Source of the DNA: Acidothermus cellulolyticus 11B
Lineage (GTDB): Bacteria > Actinomycetota > Actinomycetes > Acidothermales > Acidothermaceae
Length of the DNA stretch: 32,000 nucleotides
Assembly: GCF_000015025.1 (NCBI RefSeq)
Contig: NC_008578.1
Coordinates: 2,130,001-2,162,000, forward strand
Reading direction: 5' to 3'
Made by a program: the position numbers and the translations under genes. Below, piece after piece: positions 1-9,156 of this stretch. Each line of letters begins with the position of its first letter. The stretch's first letter is position 1. The notes under the pieces are model-generated. The model was not told where the DNA came from and ran no database searches. It worked only from the letters and a program-made list of their open reading frames with translations.

Positions 1-1703
1 GCATGAGGGTACCGGCGGGCGAGCCGGACCGTGGGCCGAAGCGCGCCGGGAACAGCGTCCCGATGCCGCTGGGACCCGGTGAGCGCCGCGTAGGTGAGGA
101 GCGCATGTGCGGCGGCGGAATTCCCACTCGGTGTGGCGTCATCGGTGAACGTGCGAGGCCGGCGGACCAGCCGCTCGGCGTCGTCCGCTGTGTCGTAAAA
201 GCCGCCGTCCTCAGCTCGGAAGTGGGTGAGTATCGCCTCCAGCAAGGCGCCGGCGAGCTCGAGATAGCGAGCCTCACTGCGGATTTGCGCCAGCGTCAGC
301 AGTCCCTGGGCAACATTCGCGTAGTCGTCCAAGGCTCCGTCCACCGGATTTCGTTCGCCGTCTCGGGACGAGCGGCACAACCGTCCGTCGCGCAGGTGGA
401 CGTCAATGAGGTACTCCGCACTGCGCACCGCTGCATCCACAAGGGCATCGCGATCCAGGAGAAATCCCGCCTCGGCGAGGCTTGCCACCGCCAGCCCGTT
501 CCACGACGCGATGATTTTGTCGTCCCGCGCCGGTTGGGCGCGACGGGACCGGACGGCGAGAAGGCGCTGCCGGATGCGCCGCCAGCGCTCGAGATCCGGC
601 GCATCGACGGCCAGTTGCAGCACCGACCGCCCATCCTCGGTATTGCCGTGCTCGGTCACCCCGAACAACTCCGCGGCATAGGCCGCGTCGTCGCTCCCTA
701 ACGCATCGCGCAGCTCGGCGAGCGTCCAGACATACGTCCCGCCTTCGACCCCGCCGGCGTCCGCGTCGAGAGCAGCGGCGAACCCGCCGGCCGGCGTGCA
801 CAGGTCGCGCAGCAGGAATTCCGCCACTTCCTCGACGATGCGCCGGGCGAGCTGATGCTGGGTGCGCCGCCACCAATGCAGGTACACGCCGAGAAGCTGG
901 GCATTGTCATACAGCATTTTCTCGAAATGCGGCACCGTCCACGCGGCGTCGACGCTGTACCGATGAAATCCGCCGGCCAGCTGGTCGTATATTCCGCCGC
1001 GGGCCATGTGTTCACACGTGACGGCGACCATCTCCATCGCGCCGAGCGAGCCATAGCGAAGAAGAAACTCAAGGGTGGTCGCGGACGGGAACTTAGGTGC
1101 ACTGCCGAAACCCCCATGCACCGGATCGTACTGACGCCGTAGTTCACCGACCGCCGCGTCAAGGAGATCCGCATCTATCGCGCCCAGGTCGTCGGTGAGC
1201 CGACTCCCTTGTTGCAGAACCGCCACGACCCGGCGCGCCGCCGCAACGAGATCCGCAGATCTGCTCTGCCACGCCGTCCAGACCGCCTCGAGCACCTGCC
1301 GAAAAGCAGGCATTCCGGCGCGGGGTTCCTTGGGAAAATACGTTCCCGTGAAAAATGGTTCACCGTCCGGCGTCAAGAAGCACGTCAGCGGCCACCCGCC
1401 GCGGCCGGTCATCGCTTGGGTCGCTTCCATGTAGACCGCGTCGATATCGGGACGTTCCTCACGGTCCACTTTGACGCAGACAAAATGCTCGTTCATGAAT
1501 GCCGCGGTTGCGGGATCCTCGAACGACTCATGGGCCATCACGTGGCACCAATGGCATGAGCTGTACCCGATCGACAGCAGAATCGGTACGTTGCGCCGCC
1601 GCGCCTCGGCGAAAGCCTCCTCGCACCACGGCCACCACTCGACCGGATTGTCCTTATGCTGCAGCAGGTATGGCGACGTCGCCGTCGCCAGCCGGTTCGC
1701 CAT
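1..1703 (-). CDS. Thioredoxin-domain protein of the YyaL/DUF255 family (thioredoxin fold plus epimerase-like alpha/alpha domain). The C-terminus runs off the left edge of the window.
   Basis: Absent from the supplied ORF track because no stop lies in the window. Hand translation of the minus strand from ATG 1703 stays open to position 3: [92 protein letters not shown]...[27 protein letters not shown]. These are hallmark DUF255 motifs. Confidence 0.9.
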   Translation of the reverse strand, partial: MANRLATATSPYLLQHKDNPVEWWPWCEEAFAEARRRNVPILLSIGYSSCHWCHVMAHESFEDPATAAFMNEHFVCVKVDREERPDIDAVYMEATQAMTGRGGWPLTCFLTPDGEPFFTGTYFPKEPRAGMPAFRQVLEAVWTAWQSRSADLVAAARRVVAVLQQGSRLTDDLGAIDADLLDAAVGELRRQYDPVHGGFGSAPKFPSATTLEFLLRYGSLGAMEMVAVTCEHMARGGIYDQLAGGFHRYSVDAAWTVPHFEKMLYDNAQLLGVYLHWWRRTQHQLARRIVEEVAEFLLRDLCTPAGGFAAALDADAGGVEGGTYVWTLAELRDALGSDDAAYAAELFGVTEHGNTEDGRSVLQLAVDAPDLERWRRIRQRLLAVRSRRAQPARDDKIIASWNGLAVASLAEAGFLLDRDALVDAAVRSAEYLIDVHLRDGRLCRSSRDGERNPVDGALDDYANVAQGLLTLAQIRSEARYLELAGALLEAILTHFRAEDGGFYDTADDAERLVRRPRTFTDDATPSGNSAAAHALLTYAALTGSQRHRDAVPGALRPTVRLARRYPH

Positions 1704-1748
1704 CAGCCGCGGCTCCTTGCTGGTCTCACGACGGGATCCGTTGTCCCG

Positions 1749-2255
1749 TCAGAACGTGTCTGTTCCGCGCGGCAGTGCACCCTCGTGTTCGAGCAGCCAC
1801 CGTTTGCGGTCAACCCCGGCGGCATAACCGGCGAGCGATCCGTCGGCCCCGATCACGCGGTGACACGGCACGAAGACCGCAAGACGATTCCGCCCGACGG
1901 CTGCGGCGACGGCGCGCGCCTTGCCGCCGTGACCGACCTTCTCCGCCAGGTCCCGATAACTCCACGTGGCCCCGTAAGGAATGCCGAGCAGCTCCCGCCA
2001 TACGGTCTCCTGAAACGGCGTCCCGTGCCACCGCAACGGAACGGTGAAGACGCACCGCTCGCCGCCGAAATACTCCGTCAGTTGGACGACGGCTTCGCTG
2101 AACGCGTCCGGTTCGTTGCGCCAGCTGGGGTCGACCGGGACTGAATGACGCTGACCAATGAAGTAGGCGCCGCAGAGCGCCAACCCGTCGGAACTGCCGT
2201 CACCGACGAGAAGCATGTCGCCGAGCGGCGTCGCGGTTGTGGTGAAGAATTTCAC
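1749..2255 (-). CDS. ogt: Methylated-DNA--protein-cysteine methyltransferase (O6-alkylguanine DNA alkyltransferase)
   Basis: ORF track 168 aa. It carries the active-site PCHRV motif (VFVPCHRVIGADGSLAGYAAG). GTG start at 2255 is preceded by an AAGGAGGAG Shine-Dalgarno sequence. Confidence 0.9.
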   Translation of the reverse strand: MKFFTTTATPLGDMLLVGDGSSDGLALCGAYFIGQRHSVPVDPSWRNEPDAFSEAVVQLTEYFGGERCVFTVPLRWHGTPFQETVWRELLGIPYGATWSYRDLAEKVGHGGKARAVAAAVGRNRLAVFVPCHRVIGADGSLAGYAAGVDRKRWLLEHEGALPRGTDTF

Positions 2256-2294
2256 CGCTCCTCCTTGGATCGTCCGCTTTTCGCGGAAGGCGGC

Positions 2295-2537
2295 TCACCG
2301 CGGCCGCCGGTCGGTCGGCCGCCGTACGTCCGGTTCGTTCTCCTCGTCGCGTAAACTCGCCGCCCTGCGCAAGTGCTTGTTCATCGAGCGGAACAAGAAA
2401 TACACCGCCACTCCAAGTGCGAGGACGACCAGGAATCCCAGTCCACCATTGGGGTTCTTCGTGGGATTGGCCGCGAACGCCGGGTCGAGAAGCATCGGCA
2501 CGATCGGCGTCGCGCACGTCGTCACCAGATTTGTCAT
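2295..2537 (-). CDS. Small single-pass membrane protein (80 aa), hypothetical
   Basis: Internal ATG at 2537 of ORF 2295..2669 forms an ATGA start/stop overlap with the mca stop (2534-2536). The product [16 protein letters not shown]...[28 protein letters not shown] has one hydrophobic helix followed by a basic tail. Confidence 0.6.
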   Translation of the reverse strand: MTNLVTTCATPIVPMLLDPAFAANPTKNPNGGLGFLVVLALGVAVYFLFRSMNKHLRRAASLRDEENEPDVRRPTDRRPR

Positions 2538-3433
2538 GCGCGGACCTCTTCCCGTATGCCGGCGAATAAATCGTCCTCCGGAAGGCTGGTGGGAACAAGC
2601 GAACGGGCGAGCTCGAAATCCTCGGTCGGCCAGACTGCGGCTTCGAGATCGCGGGGAACAGCGAACCACGAGCCGTTCGGGTCGACCTGGGTGGCATGGG
2701 CGAGCAGGGCGGCGTCGCGGACCGAAAAGTACTCAGCGCACGCAATCCGTGTCGTCACCGGCCGATCATCTCCGGTCCAGCGGTCAAGGCGCTCCGCGTA
2801 CGGTGACGGCAGACCGCGGGCGACCATAGCGTGGTGCAAGGCCAGCACCCGGTCGCGGTGAAACGTGCGGTGGTAGTAGAGCTTGAGCGGTTGCCAGGGC
2901 TCACCGGCGTCCGGGAAACACTCGGGATCGGCGGCGGTTTCGAAGGCAGCCACACTGACCCGGTGGCACATGATGTGATCGGGGTGGGGGTACCCGCCGG
3001 TTTCGTCGTAGGTGAGCAGGACGTGCGGGCGTTCGGCGCGCACGATCGCCACCAGCGCGGCGGTGACCACCTCGAGGGGCTCCCGGGCAAGGCAGCCGTC
3101 CGGCAATGGCGGCGGCGGATCCCCCTCAGGAAAGCCGGAATCGACGAATCCGAGCCAGTGATGCCGGACGCCGAGAATCCGCTCCGCTTCCGCCATCTCG
3201 GCCCGCCGGACCGCGGCGATGTCGGCCCGAATCTCCGGACGATCCATTGCGGGATTCAGAATCGAGCCGCGTTCCCCACCGGTGAGGGTGACGACAACGA
3301 CGTCCACCCCTTCGGCGGCGTATCGGGCCATGGTCGCCGCGCCCTTGCTCGACTCGTCGTCGGGATGGGCGTGCACCGCCATCAGCCGCAACTGCTCCGT
3401 CACGGGTACCCATTCTGCCGCCGCGCCGGCCAT
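2534..3433 (-). CDS. mca: Mycothiol S-conjugate amidase (LmbE/PIG-L family)
   Basis: [49 protein letters not shown]...[24 protein letters not shown]...[12 protein letters not shown] matches my recollection of M. tuberculosis Mca much better than MshB. The start is taken at ATG 3433 (M30 of the listed ORF). The exact start is uncertain. Confidence 0.88.
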   Translation of the reverse strand: MAGAAAEWVPVTEQLRLMAVHAHPDDESSKGAATMARYAAEGVDVVVVTLTGGERGSILNPAMDRPEIRADIAAVRRAEMAEAERILGVRHHWLGFVDSGFPEGDPPPPLPDGCLAREPLEVVTAALVAIVRAERPHVLLTYDETGGYPHPDHIMCHRVSVAAFETAADPECFPDAGEPWQPLKLYYHRTFHRDRVLALHHAMVARGLPSPYAERLDRWTGDDRPVTTRIACAEYFSVRDAALLAHATQVDPNGSWFAVPRDLEAAVWPTEDFELARSLVPTSLPEDDLFAGIREEVRA

Positions 3434-3510
3434 GACGTACGCCGAGCGGAAGGCGCGCAGGTCCCGGATTGCTGGTGGCCGGCAGGGCGGTACGGCTTGG
3501 TAGCCTGAAA

Positions 3511-3525
3511 GACAAAGCATTTGTC
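3511..3525. promoter_or_regulatory. Inverted repeat GACAAA-gca-TTTGTC in the divergent mca/greA intergenic region; candidate operator or promoter-associated element
   Basis: Read directly from the sequence. It has 6-bp perfect arms and sits in the only AT-richer patch of the 128-nt intergenic region. Confidence 0.2.
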
Positions 3526-3561
3526 CGTCATTCGCGTAGACGCTGCGTCCAGGGGAGTGCC

Positions 3562-4050
3562 GTGAGCGAGACGCCTACTGTCACGTGGCTGACCCAAGAG
3601 GCATACGAGCGGCTGACCGCGGAGTACAACCACCTCATCGGTCCGGCCCGCGCCGAGATCGCCCGCAAGATCGAAGCTGCCCGTGCGGAAGGCGACCTGC
3701 GGGAGAACGGCGGCTACCACGCCGCCAAAGAAGAGCAGGGCAAGATGGAGGCCCGGATCCGTCAACTCCGGCAGATTCTCGAGAATGCCAAGGTCGGTGA
3801 ACCGCCGGCGGACGACGGCGTCGTCGAACCAGGCATGGTGGTCACCGTCCGTTATGAGGACGGCGAAGAGTTGACGTTCCTGCTCGGCTCACGGGAGGAG
3901 AGCGCGGCCGGGATTGAGGCGTTCTCACCGAATTCGCCGTTGGGTTCCGCTCTTCTCGGCAAGCGCGTCGGCGACAGCGCCAGTTACACCCTGCCGACCG
4001 GTGCCACCATGCGGGTCACCGTCGTCAATGCCAAACCCTTCACGGGCTGA
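3562..4050 (+). CDS. greA: Transcription elongation factor GreA
   Basis: [63 protein letters not shown] is the canonical GreA coiled-coil N-terminus. GTG 3562 is in frame with the listed ORF and preceded by AGGGGAG (3551-3557). This gives 162 aa, typical for GreA. Confidence 0.93.
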   Translation: MSETPTVTWLTQEAYERLTAEYNHLIGPARAEIARKIEAARAEGDLRENGGYHAAKEEQGKMEARIRQLRQILENAKVGEPPADDGVVEPGMVVTVRYEDGEELTFLLGSREESAAGIEAFSPNSPLGSALLGKRVGDSASYTLPTGATMRVTVVNAKPFTG

Positions 4051-4052
4051 TC

Positions 4053-4065
4053 GGGGATTCTCCCC
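4053..4065. terminator. Short hairpin GGGGA-ttc-TCCCC between convergent greA and ilvA; possible weak bidirectional terminator
   Basis: 5-bp stem and 3-nt loop, seen in the 21-nt gap between the two stop codons. There is no U-tract. Confidence 0.2.
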
Positions 4066-4071
4066 TCACGC

Positions 4072-5313
4072 TCAAGACACGGCGTACCCCAGCCGCGCAA
4101 CGGTCTCGAGCACCTCCTGCGAGTGCTCCTGACCGCGAGTCTCCACCTGCAGCGCGACCTCCACCTCGTCGACAGCGAGCGCGGCCTGCGTCCGCTCGTG
4201 GACGACGTCCAGCACGTTCGCCTCAACCGCGGCAAGGGCCGTGAGCAGAGCGGCGAGCGCGCCGGGACGATCGGGCAACGTGACGTGAAAGGTCAGGTAG
4301 CGGCCGGCCGCCGCCAACCCATGGCGCAGGATGCGAAGCAGAACGATCGGATCGACGTTCCCGCCGGAGAGGACGGCAACCACCGGCGATGGAAAGGCGC
4401 TGGAATCATCCATCACCGCAGCCAACGCTGCCGCCCCCGCCGGTTCAACGACGAGTTTGGCCCGCTCCAAACAGGCCAACACGGCATGCGCAATGGCCTC
4501 TTCGCTCACCGTGCGGATCTCGTCGACGTACCGGCTGACCAGCGGCAGGGTGAGCGAGCCGGGACGTCGGACCGCGATGCCGTCGGCCATCGTCGAGGCG
4601 TCGGAAAGCGCTATCGGATGCCCGGCGCGGACCGAGGCGGCGAGGGCCGCGGCCTGTTGGGCCTGCACCGCGACCACCCGCACATCCGGCCGAAGTGCTC
4701 TGACCACGACGGCAATGCCTGCGGCAAGGCCGCCTCCGCCGGCACTGACCACGATCGTGCGGACGTCGGGGTATTGCTCGAGAATTTCGATGCCGACCGT
4801 CGCCTGACCCGCAATCACGTCGGGGTGGTCGAACGGGTGGATGAAGGCGGCTCCCGTCTGTGCGGCGTACTCCTGCGCCGCGACGAGCGCCTCATCGACG
4901 GAATGCCCGACAAGTCGCACGTCGGCGCCGTAACCGCGGGTCGCCGCCACTTTCGGCAGGGACGCGTCGCGCGGCATGAAGACGGTGGCGCGGGTACCGA
5001 GTAGACCGGCCGCCAAGGCGACCCCCTGCGCGTGATTCCCGGCGCTCGCGGCCACGACGCCGCGATCCCGCTGGTCAGGCGGCATCCGCGCAATGCGCAC
5101 GTACGCGCCCCGGATTTTGAACGAACCGCCGCACTGCATGTTCTCGCACTTCAGGGCAGTCGGCGAGCCGATCAACGCCCGTCGGGACAGCTCAATCGGG
5201 GTGCGGCGGGCAACGCCGTCCAGCAGCGTGCCGGCCGCCCGGGCGTTCTCCAACCACTCCGTGGGAGTAGCGGTGATCCAGGGCGCAATGGAGTCGTCGG
5301 GCGTGCCGGCCAT
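4072..5313 (-). CDS. ilvA: Threonine ammonia-lyase (threonine dehydratase), PLP-dependent, with a C-terminal ACT-like regulatory domain
   Basis: PLP-lysine motif CGGSFKIRGAY, glycine loop SAGNHAQG and a C-terminal ACT-like segment LTFHVTLPDRPGALAALL. The start is taken at ATG 5313 (M63 of the listed ORF), preceded by GAGGGAGGGG. The upstream 62 codons are R-rich and cover a DNA repeat. Confidence 0.9.
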   Translation of the reverse strand: MAGTPDDSIAPWITATPTEWLENARAAGTLLDGVARRTPIELSRRALIGSPTALKCENMQCGGSFKIRGAYVRIARMPPDQRDRGVVAASAGNHAQGVALAAGLLGTRATVFMPRDASLPKVAATRGYGADVRLVGHSVDEALVAAQEYAAQTGAAFIHPFDHPDVIAGQATVGIEILEQYPDVRTIVVSAGGGGLAAGIAVVVRALRPDVRVVAVQAQQAAALAASVRAGHPIALSDASTMADGIAVRRPGSLTLPLVSRYVDEIRTVSEEAIAHAVLACLERAKLVVEPAGAAALAAVMDDSSAFPSPVVAVLSGGNVDPIVLLRILRHGLAAAGRYLTFHVTLPDRPGALAALLTALAAVEANVLDVVHERTQAALAVDEVEVALQVETRGQEHSQEVLETVARLGYAVS

Positions 5314-5372
5314 CGCCCCTCCCTCGTCTCGATCGACGCCAGTCTGACACCGCGGACCTCGCGGCCGGGTAA

Positions 5373-5480
5373 TGGTTCGTGATCCTGAGCGCCTGACCGC
5401 GATTCGCGATCCCGAACCCCCTGACGGGTTCGCGATCCGCGGGTCCCACGACGGGTTCGCGATCCGCGGGTCCCACTGAC
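5373..5480. repeat. Tandem array of about four 27-nt units (core GGTTCGCGATCC...GAC) in the ilvA/marR divergent intergenic region
   Basis: Units 5425-5451 and 5452-5479 are almost identical (gggttcgcgatccgcgggtcccac(t)gac). Units at 5398-5424 and 5373-5397 are progressively diverged but keep the TTCG(C/T)GATCC box. Confidence 0.85.
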
Positions 5481-5534
5481 GGTCCACGCGGGCCGTCACC
5501 CGCTCTCTCGGGCCGATTTGACCCCGCCTCTCTG

Positions 5535-5557
5535 ATCAGGCAAAATAGTTGCCTGAT
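5535..5557. promoter_or_regulatory. Perfect 9-bp inverted repeat ATCAGGCAA-aatag-TTGCCTGAT; candidate MarR operator overlapping the marR start codon
   Basis: Read directly from the sequence. It lies in an AT-rich patch, and its right arm ends inside the ATG at 5556. MarR-family repressors typically bind palindromes in their own promoters. Confidence 0.5.
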
Positions 5558-6134
5558 GCATGCAAATGATGATCCCCGGGTGTATGGTCTGCTGACCGCG
5601 CTCTACACGGTTGCCCGCAACGCCCACCGCCTTCGCCAGGTCGGCGTGGACAGCGCCTGCGACAAGGCCGGGTACTCGATCCTCTTCACCCTGCGTGACA
5701 CCGGTCCGTTGCGGCTCTCTGAACTCGCAGCTGCCATGCACCTCGATATCTCAACGATCAGCCGCCAGGTGCATGCCCTCATCGCCGGCGGCTTCTGCGT
5801 CGCGTCCGACGATCCCGCCGACCGACGTGCCCGCCGGCTGACCTTGACTGACCGTGGGCACGCGGAACTCAAAGAGATCGTCCGCCAGCTTGGCACCGCC
5901 CTCGCCGAGACCGTGCAGTCGTGGCCCGACGCCGACGTCGACACGCTGACCACCCTGCTGCGCCGGCTGGCAGCCGACCTGGAGACCACCCTTCTCGCCC
6001 GACATTCCGGGCGACCCCGCGTCCGTCGCCTCGACGAGCCGGCGCTCCACGCAGCAGAGCCGGCAGAGCAGGCCTCGGCACACGACGTTCCAGAACAGAG
6101 TGACGTCCTCGACCTGAAGGAGACGATGCAGTGA
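5556..6134 (+). CDS. MarR-family transcriptional regulator
   Basis: Winged-helix region [62 protein letters not shown]. Its stop overlaps the downstream transporter start (GTGA at 6131-6134). Confidence 0.85.
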   Translation: MHANDDPRVYGLLTALYTVARNAHRLRQVGVDSACDKAGYSILFTLRDTGPLRLSELAAAMHLDISTISRQVHALIAGGFCVASDDPADRRARRLTLTDRGHAELKEIVRQLGTALAETVQSWPDADVDTLTTLLRRLAADLETTLLARHSGRPRVRRLDEPALHAAEPAEQASAHDVPEQSDVLDLKETMQ

Positions 6135-7840
6135 CCGAACAACTGACAGCCGCGAGCGCACCGCCGCCCACCCACATGAGTCACCGGCAGATCGTCATCG
6201 TGCTCTCCGGGCTCATGGTGGGCATGCTGCTCGCGGCACTCGACCAGACGATCGTGGCCACCGCCTTACCGCGGATCACCGGTGATCTCGGCGGTCAGCA
6301 GCACCTCGCGTGGGTGGTGACGGCTTATCTCCTGACCTCAACGGCGTCCACCCCGCTGTACGGAAAAATCTCCGATCTGTACGGGCGCCGGAAGATTTTC
6401 CAGCTCGCCATTGTGATTTTCCTGATTGGCTCTGCATTAGCCGGCGCAAGCCAGAATATGGCCGAGCTCATCGTCACCCGTGCCATTCAAGGACTCGGCG
6501 CCGGCGGTCTTATCACGCTGGCCCTGGCCATCGTCGGCGACATCATCCCACCGCGGGAGCGTGGCCGATACCAGGGCTATTTCGGCGCAGTCTTCGGCTT
6601 GTCCAGCGTCATCGGCCCCCTGCTCGGTGGGTGGTTCACCGACACGATCAGCTGGCGCTGGGTCTTCTACATCAACCTTCCGCTCGGAGCGCTGGCCCTG
6701 GTCGTGACCAGCGCCGTCCTGCACATCCCCTTCCAGCGCCGCGAACACAAAGTCGACTACCTCGGCGCGGCGGTGCTCGTCGCCGCAACCTCCGCGGTTC
6801 TTCTCGCCCTGTCCTTGGGCGGAAAAGCCGGGAACGGCGGCTACGCGTGGGGTTCGCCGCAAATCATTGGGTTATTCGCTCTCTCGGCGCTGCTGTTCGC
6901 CGCCTTTGTCGCCGTCGAAGCACGGGCGGCCGAACCCATCCTGCCGCTGCGTCTCTTCCGCAACCGGGTGTTCACCGTCGCAAACTCAGCCGGTTTCATC
7001 CTCGGCTTCGCACTGTTCGGAGCGGTGATTTTCCTTCCCGTGTATCTGCAGAACGTGAAGGGTTCCTCACCAACCGTCTCCGGGCTCCAGCTCCTCCCGT
7101 TGATGGCAGGCGTTCTTTTTACCTCGATCGGCAGCGGCCGGCTTATCACCGCAACCGGGCGCTACAAGATATATCCGATCGTCGGGATGGTGCTGGTCAG
7201 CATCGCGTTCGCCATGCTGAGCTTCCTCAAAGCCGGCACCTCCTACGCCACGCTCGCCGGGGAAATCGCGCTTCTTGGCGCCGGCATGGGTCTGGTCATG
7301 CAGGTCCTCGTGCTCGCGATCCAGAACGCTGTCCCGTATGCCGACCTCGGTGTCGCGACGTCATCGAATGCATTTTTCCGCAGCATGGGAAGTTCCCTCG
7401 GCGTCGCGGTCTTTGGTGCTATCGCAACCAACGGACTCACCGCCTATGTCCGGTCGCACGCCACTCCCGATATCCGCGCCGGATTACTAGCCGCACTGAA
7501 CAAGGGACAGCAAGCGGCAAGCCAGGCCGCAGTCCCACCGGAGATCAAGACGCTGTTCGCCAATGCGTGGGTGCACGCCATTCATCTCACGTTCCTCTGG
7601 GCGATTCCCGTGGCCGTCGTGGGCGTTGTCTTTGCCGTGCTTCTCCCGGAGAAACGGCTGTCGAGGCGTTCCGGATTGGCCCGCGCAGCCGACGCAATGG
7701 CCGCCGAAGCGGTCACCGTGGACGCCGTCGTCGCTCCGTCACCCGACGGTCGCGGCGCGCACGCCGGATCAGCCGCTCACGGTCATGTGGATCGGTCCGT
7801 GCACGTCCCGAAGGCCGCAATCGAAGCCGAAAATCCGTGA
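6131..7840 (+). CDS. MFS transporter, DHA2 (EmrB/QacA-like, 14-TMS) drug:H+ antiporter family
   Basis: [33 protein letters not shown] and [10 protein letters not shown] are classic DHA2 motifs, and hydrophobic segments recur along the protein. It is translationally coupled to marR. Confidence 0.9.
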   Translation: MTEQLTAASAPPPTHMSHRQIVIVLSGLMVGMLLAALDQTIVATALPRITGDLGGQQHLAWVVTAYLLTSTASTPLYGKISDLYGRRKIFQLAIVIFLIGSALAGASQNMAELIVTRAIQGLGAGGLITLALAIVGDIIPPRERGRYQGYFGAVFGLSSVIGPLLGGWFTDTISWRWVFYINLPLGALALVVTSAVLHIPFQRREHKVDYLGAAVLVAATSAVLLALSLGGKAGNGGYAWGSPQIIGLFALSALLFAAFVAVEARAAEPILPLRLFRNRVFTVANSAGFILGFALFGAVIFLPVYLQNVKGSSPTVSGLQLLPLMAGVLFTSIGSGRLITATGRYKIYPIVGMVLVSIAFAMLSFLKAGTSYATLAGEIALLGAGMGLVMQVLVLAIQNAVPYADLGVATSSNAFFRSMGSSLGVAVFGAIATNGLTAYVRSHATPDIRAGLLAALNKGQQAASQAAVPPEIKTLFANAWVHAIHLTFLWAIPVAVVGVVFAVLLPEKRLSRRSGLARAADAMAAEAVTVDAVVAPSPDGRGAHAGSAAHGHVDRSVHVPKAAIEAENP

Positions 7841-8958
7841 AGGTAGGTGCGGCCGGCCACCGGGCCGATCTCACCCGCCGCAAAGAATCCCGCAACAGCC
7901 TGCACACCAAGGACGCCGCGCACGACCGAGACGTCGTGTGCGGCGTCCGGGAACAGGTGGGAACCACGCCCGTTGCAGCTGAACAGCAGCGCAGACTCCA
8001 CGGCGGTGAACTCCTCGCGCAACCGCTTGACCGTGCTGCGCAGGTCATCGCCGGCGCTTGCCGCATCGCGGACGTGGAAGCGGACCGTCCGTCCGACCGG
8101 CACGACGTCCCCGATGGCGATCCCCTGCCGGGCCGGGTCGATGCCGAGAATGCCGCGGACCAAGAAATCGCCCATGTCGTGATCCTCGGCGTACTCGTCC
8201 ATGGCGATTCCGATCTGTAAGCCGGCACTGGCCAGTGCCTGATCCTCCGCGGAGAGCTCGGCCAACACCCGCTCGAGCTTCCGGACAGCCGGCATTCCGG
8301 CTAATTCCAGCAGCACGTTGTCGCGCGCCGCGGTGACCGTCATCGGCGGTCCGATCGGCCGGCAGCCCTGACTGACCGCCGTCCGCACCCCGACGGGACC
8401 GCCGAGCAAGACGCCCACCGCTCCGCGTTCGACGGAACGACGATCGAGAGAGAGGCGGGTCGAACCAGGCCCCGCCGCGCCGAACGCCATCCCGCCCACT
8501 AAAGGCACCGAAACTGTCCTGTTCGCCTGCTCAACAAACCCGTCGGCCGGGAACGAGTATGGGTCGGCGAGCACGATGCCCAGCACGTCGGCGTCGTCAA
8601 CCGGCGGGAGCCCGAGAACGGCCATGCCCTGCGGAGTACGAATCACTTCGAGGTGGAAGGCGCGGATTCGCACCCCCGGCAGGACACCGGCCCACACACT
8701 CGCTGCCGCCCGCCGCTCGACCGCCCGGCCTGCGCCGATCACCCCGCTCGCACTGCAACCGATGACGGTGCGCGCGTGCACGGCCGCGGCAGCGCGCTCC
8801 AGCGCACGCGCCGTTTCCGCAGGGTCGTCTCCGCACACGAAGACCAAGGCGAGGTCCGGATTATGTCCGCCGAGGGGCATGCGAGCCGCGCGAGCCGCCG
8901 CCTCAGCAGCCCGAACGAGATCGACGTCCGCGACGAGGCCATCGCCAAAACGTGCCAC
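7783..8958 (-). CDS. FIST N/FIST C domain signal-transduction (sensory) protein
   Basis: 391 aa. The N-terminal LALVFVCGD...[11 protein letters not shown] and the C-terminal [14 protein letters not shown]...[11 protein letters not shown]...[12 protein letters not shown] match the FIST_N/FIST_C pattern as I remember it. GTG start at 8958. Confidence 0.78.
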   Translation of the reverse strand: MARFGDGLVADVDLVRAAEAAARAARMPLGGHNPDLALVFVCGDDPAETARALERAAAAVHARTVIGCSASGVIGAGRAVERRAAASVWAGVLPGVRIRAFHLEVIRTPQGMAVLGLPPVDDADVLGIVLADPYSFPADGFVEQANRTVSVPLVGGMAFGAAGPGSTRLSLDRRSVERGAVGVLLGGPVGVRTAVSQGCRPIGPPMTVTAARDNVLLELAGMPAVRKLERVLAELSAEDQALASAGLQIGIAMDEYAEDHDMGDFLVRGILGIDPARQGIAIGDVVPVGRTVRFHVRDAASAGDDLRSTVKRLREEFTAVESALLFSCNGRGSHLFPDAAHDVSVVRGVLGVQAVAGFFAAGEIGPVAGRTYLHGFSASIAAFGTCTDRST

Positions 8959-8986
8959 GCAGGTAGTTTACGTCGCCGGCGCAACA

Positions 8987-8996
8987 AATGATCATT
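8987..8996. promoter_or_regulatory. Perfect 10-bp palindrome AATGATCATT in the AT-rich centre of the FIST / AAA+ ATPase divergent intergenic region
   Basis: Read directly from the sequence. A second GC-rich 10-bp palindrome, GGTGCGCACC, lies at 9040-9049. Confidence 0.3.
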
Positions 8997-9156
8997 GATA
9001 TTTCACGGCTCTGTCGCCGTATGGTCCTCCCCTGCGGCCGGTGCGCACCCTCCCCACCGGTTGGTCGCGGCGGTGCGGGCCGGTGACCACCCTGACGACG
9101 ATGGCGAACCGGTGGTAGGACGACACGATCTCCTTTACCGTCGTAGGGTCGGAGAG

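Noticed and set aside
5314-5499. 62-codon N-terminal extension of the ilvA ORF containing WDPRIANPS twice
   Set aside because: A strong Shine-Dalgarno sequence (GAGGGAGGGG) precedes ATG 5313, where homology to threonine dehydratases begins. The extension is Arg-rich and is simply the 27-nt DNA repeat read in frame. The idea is retained only as a question inside the repeat findings.
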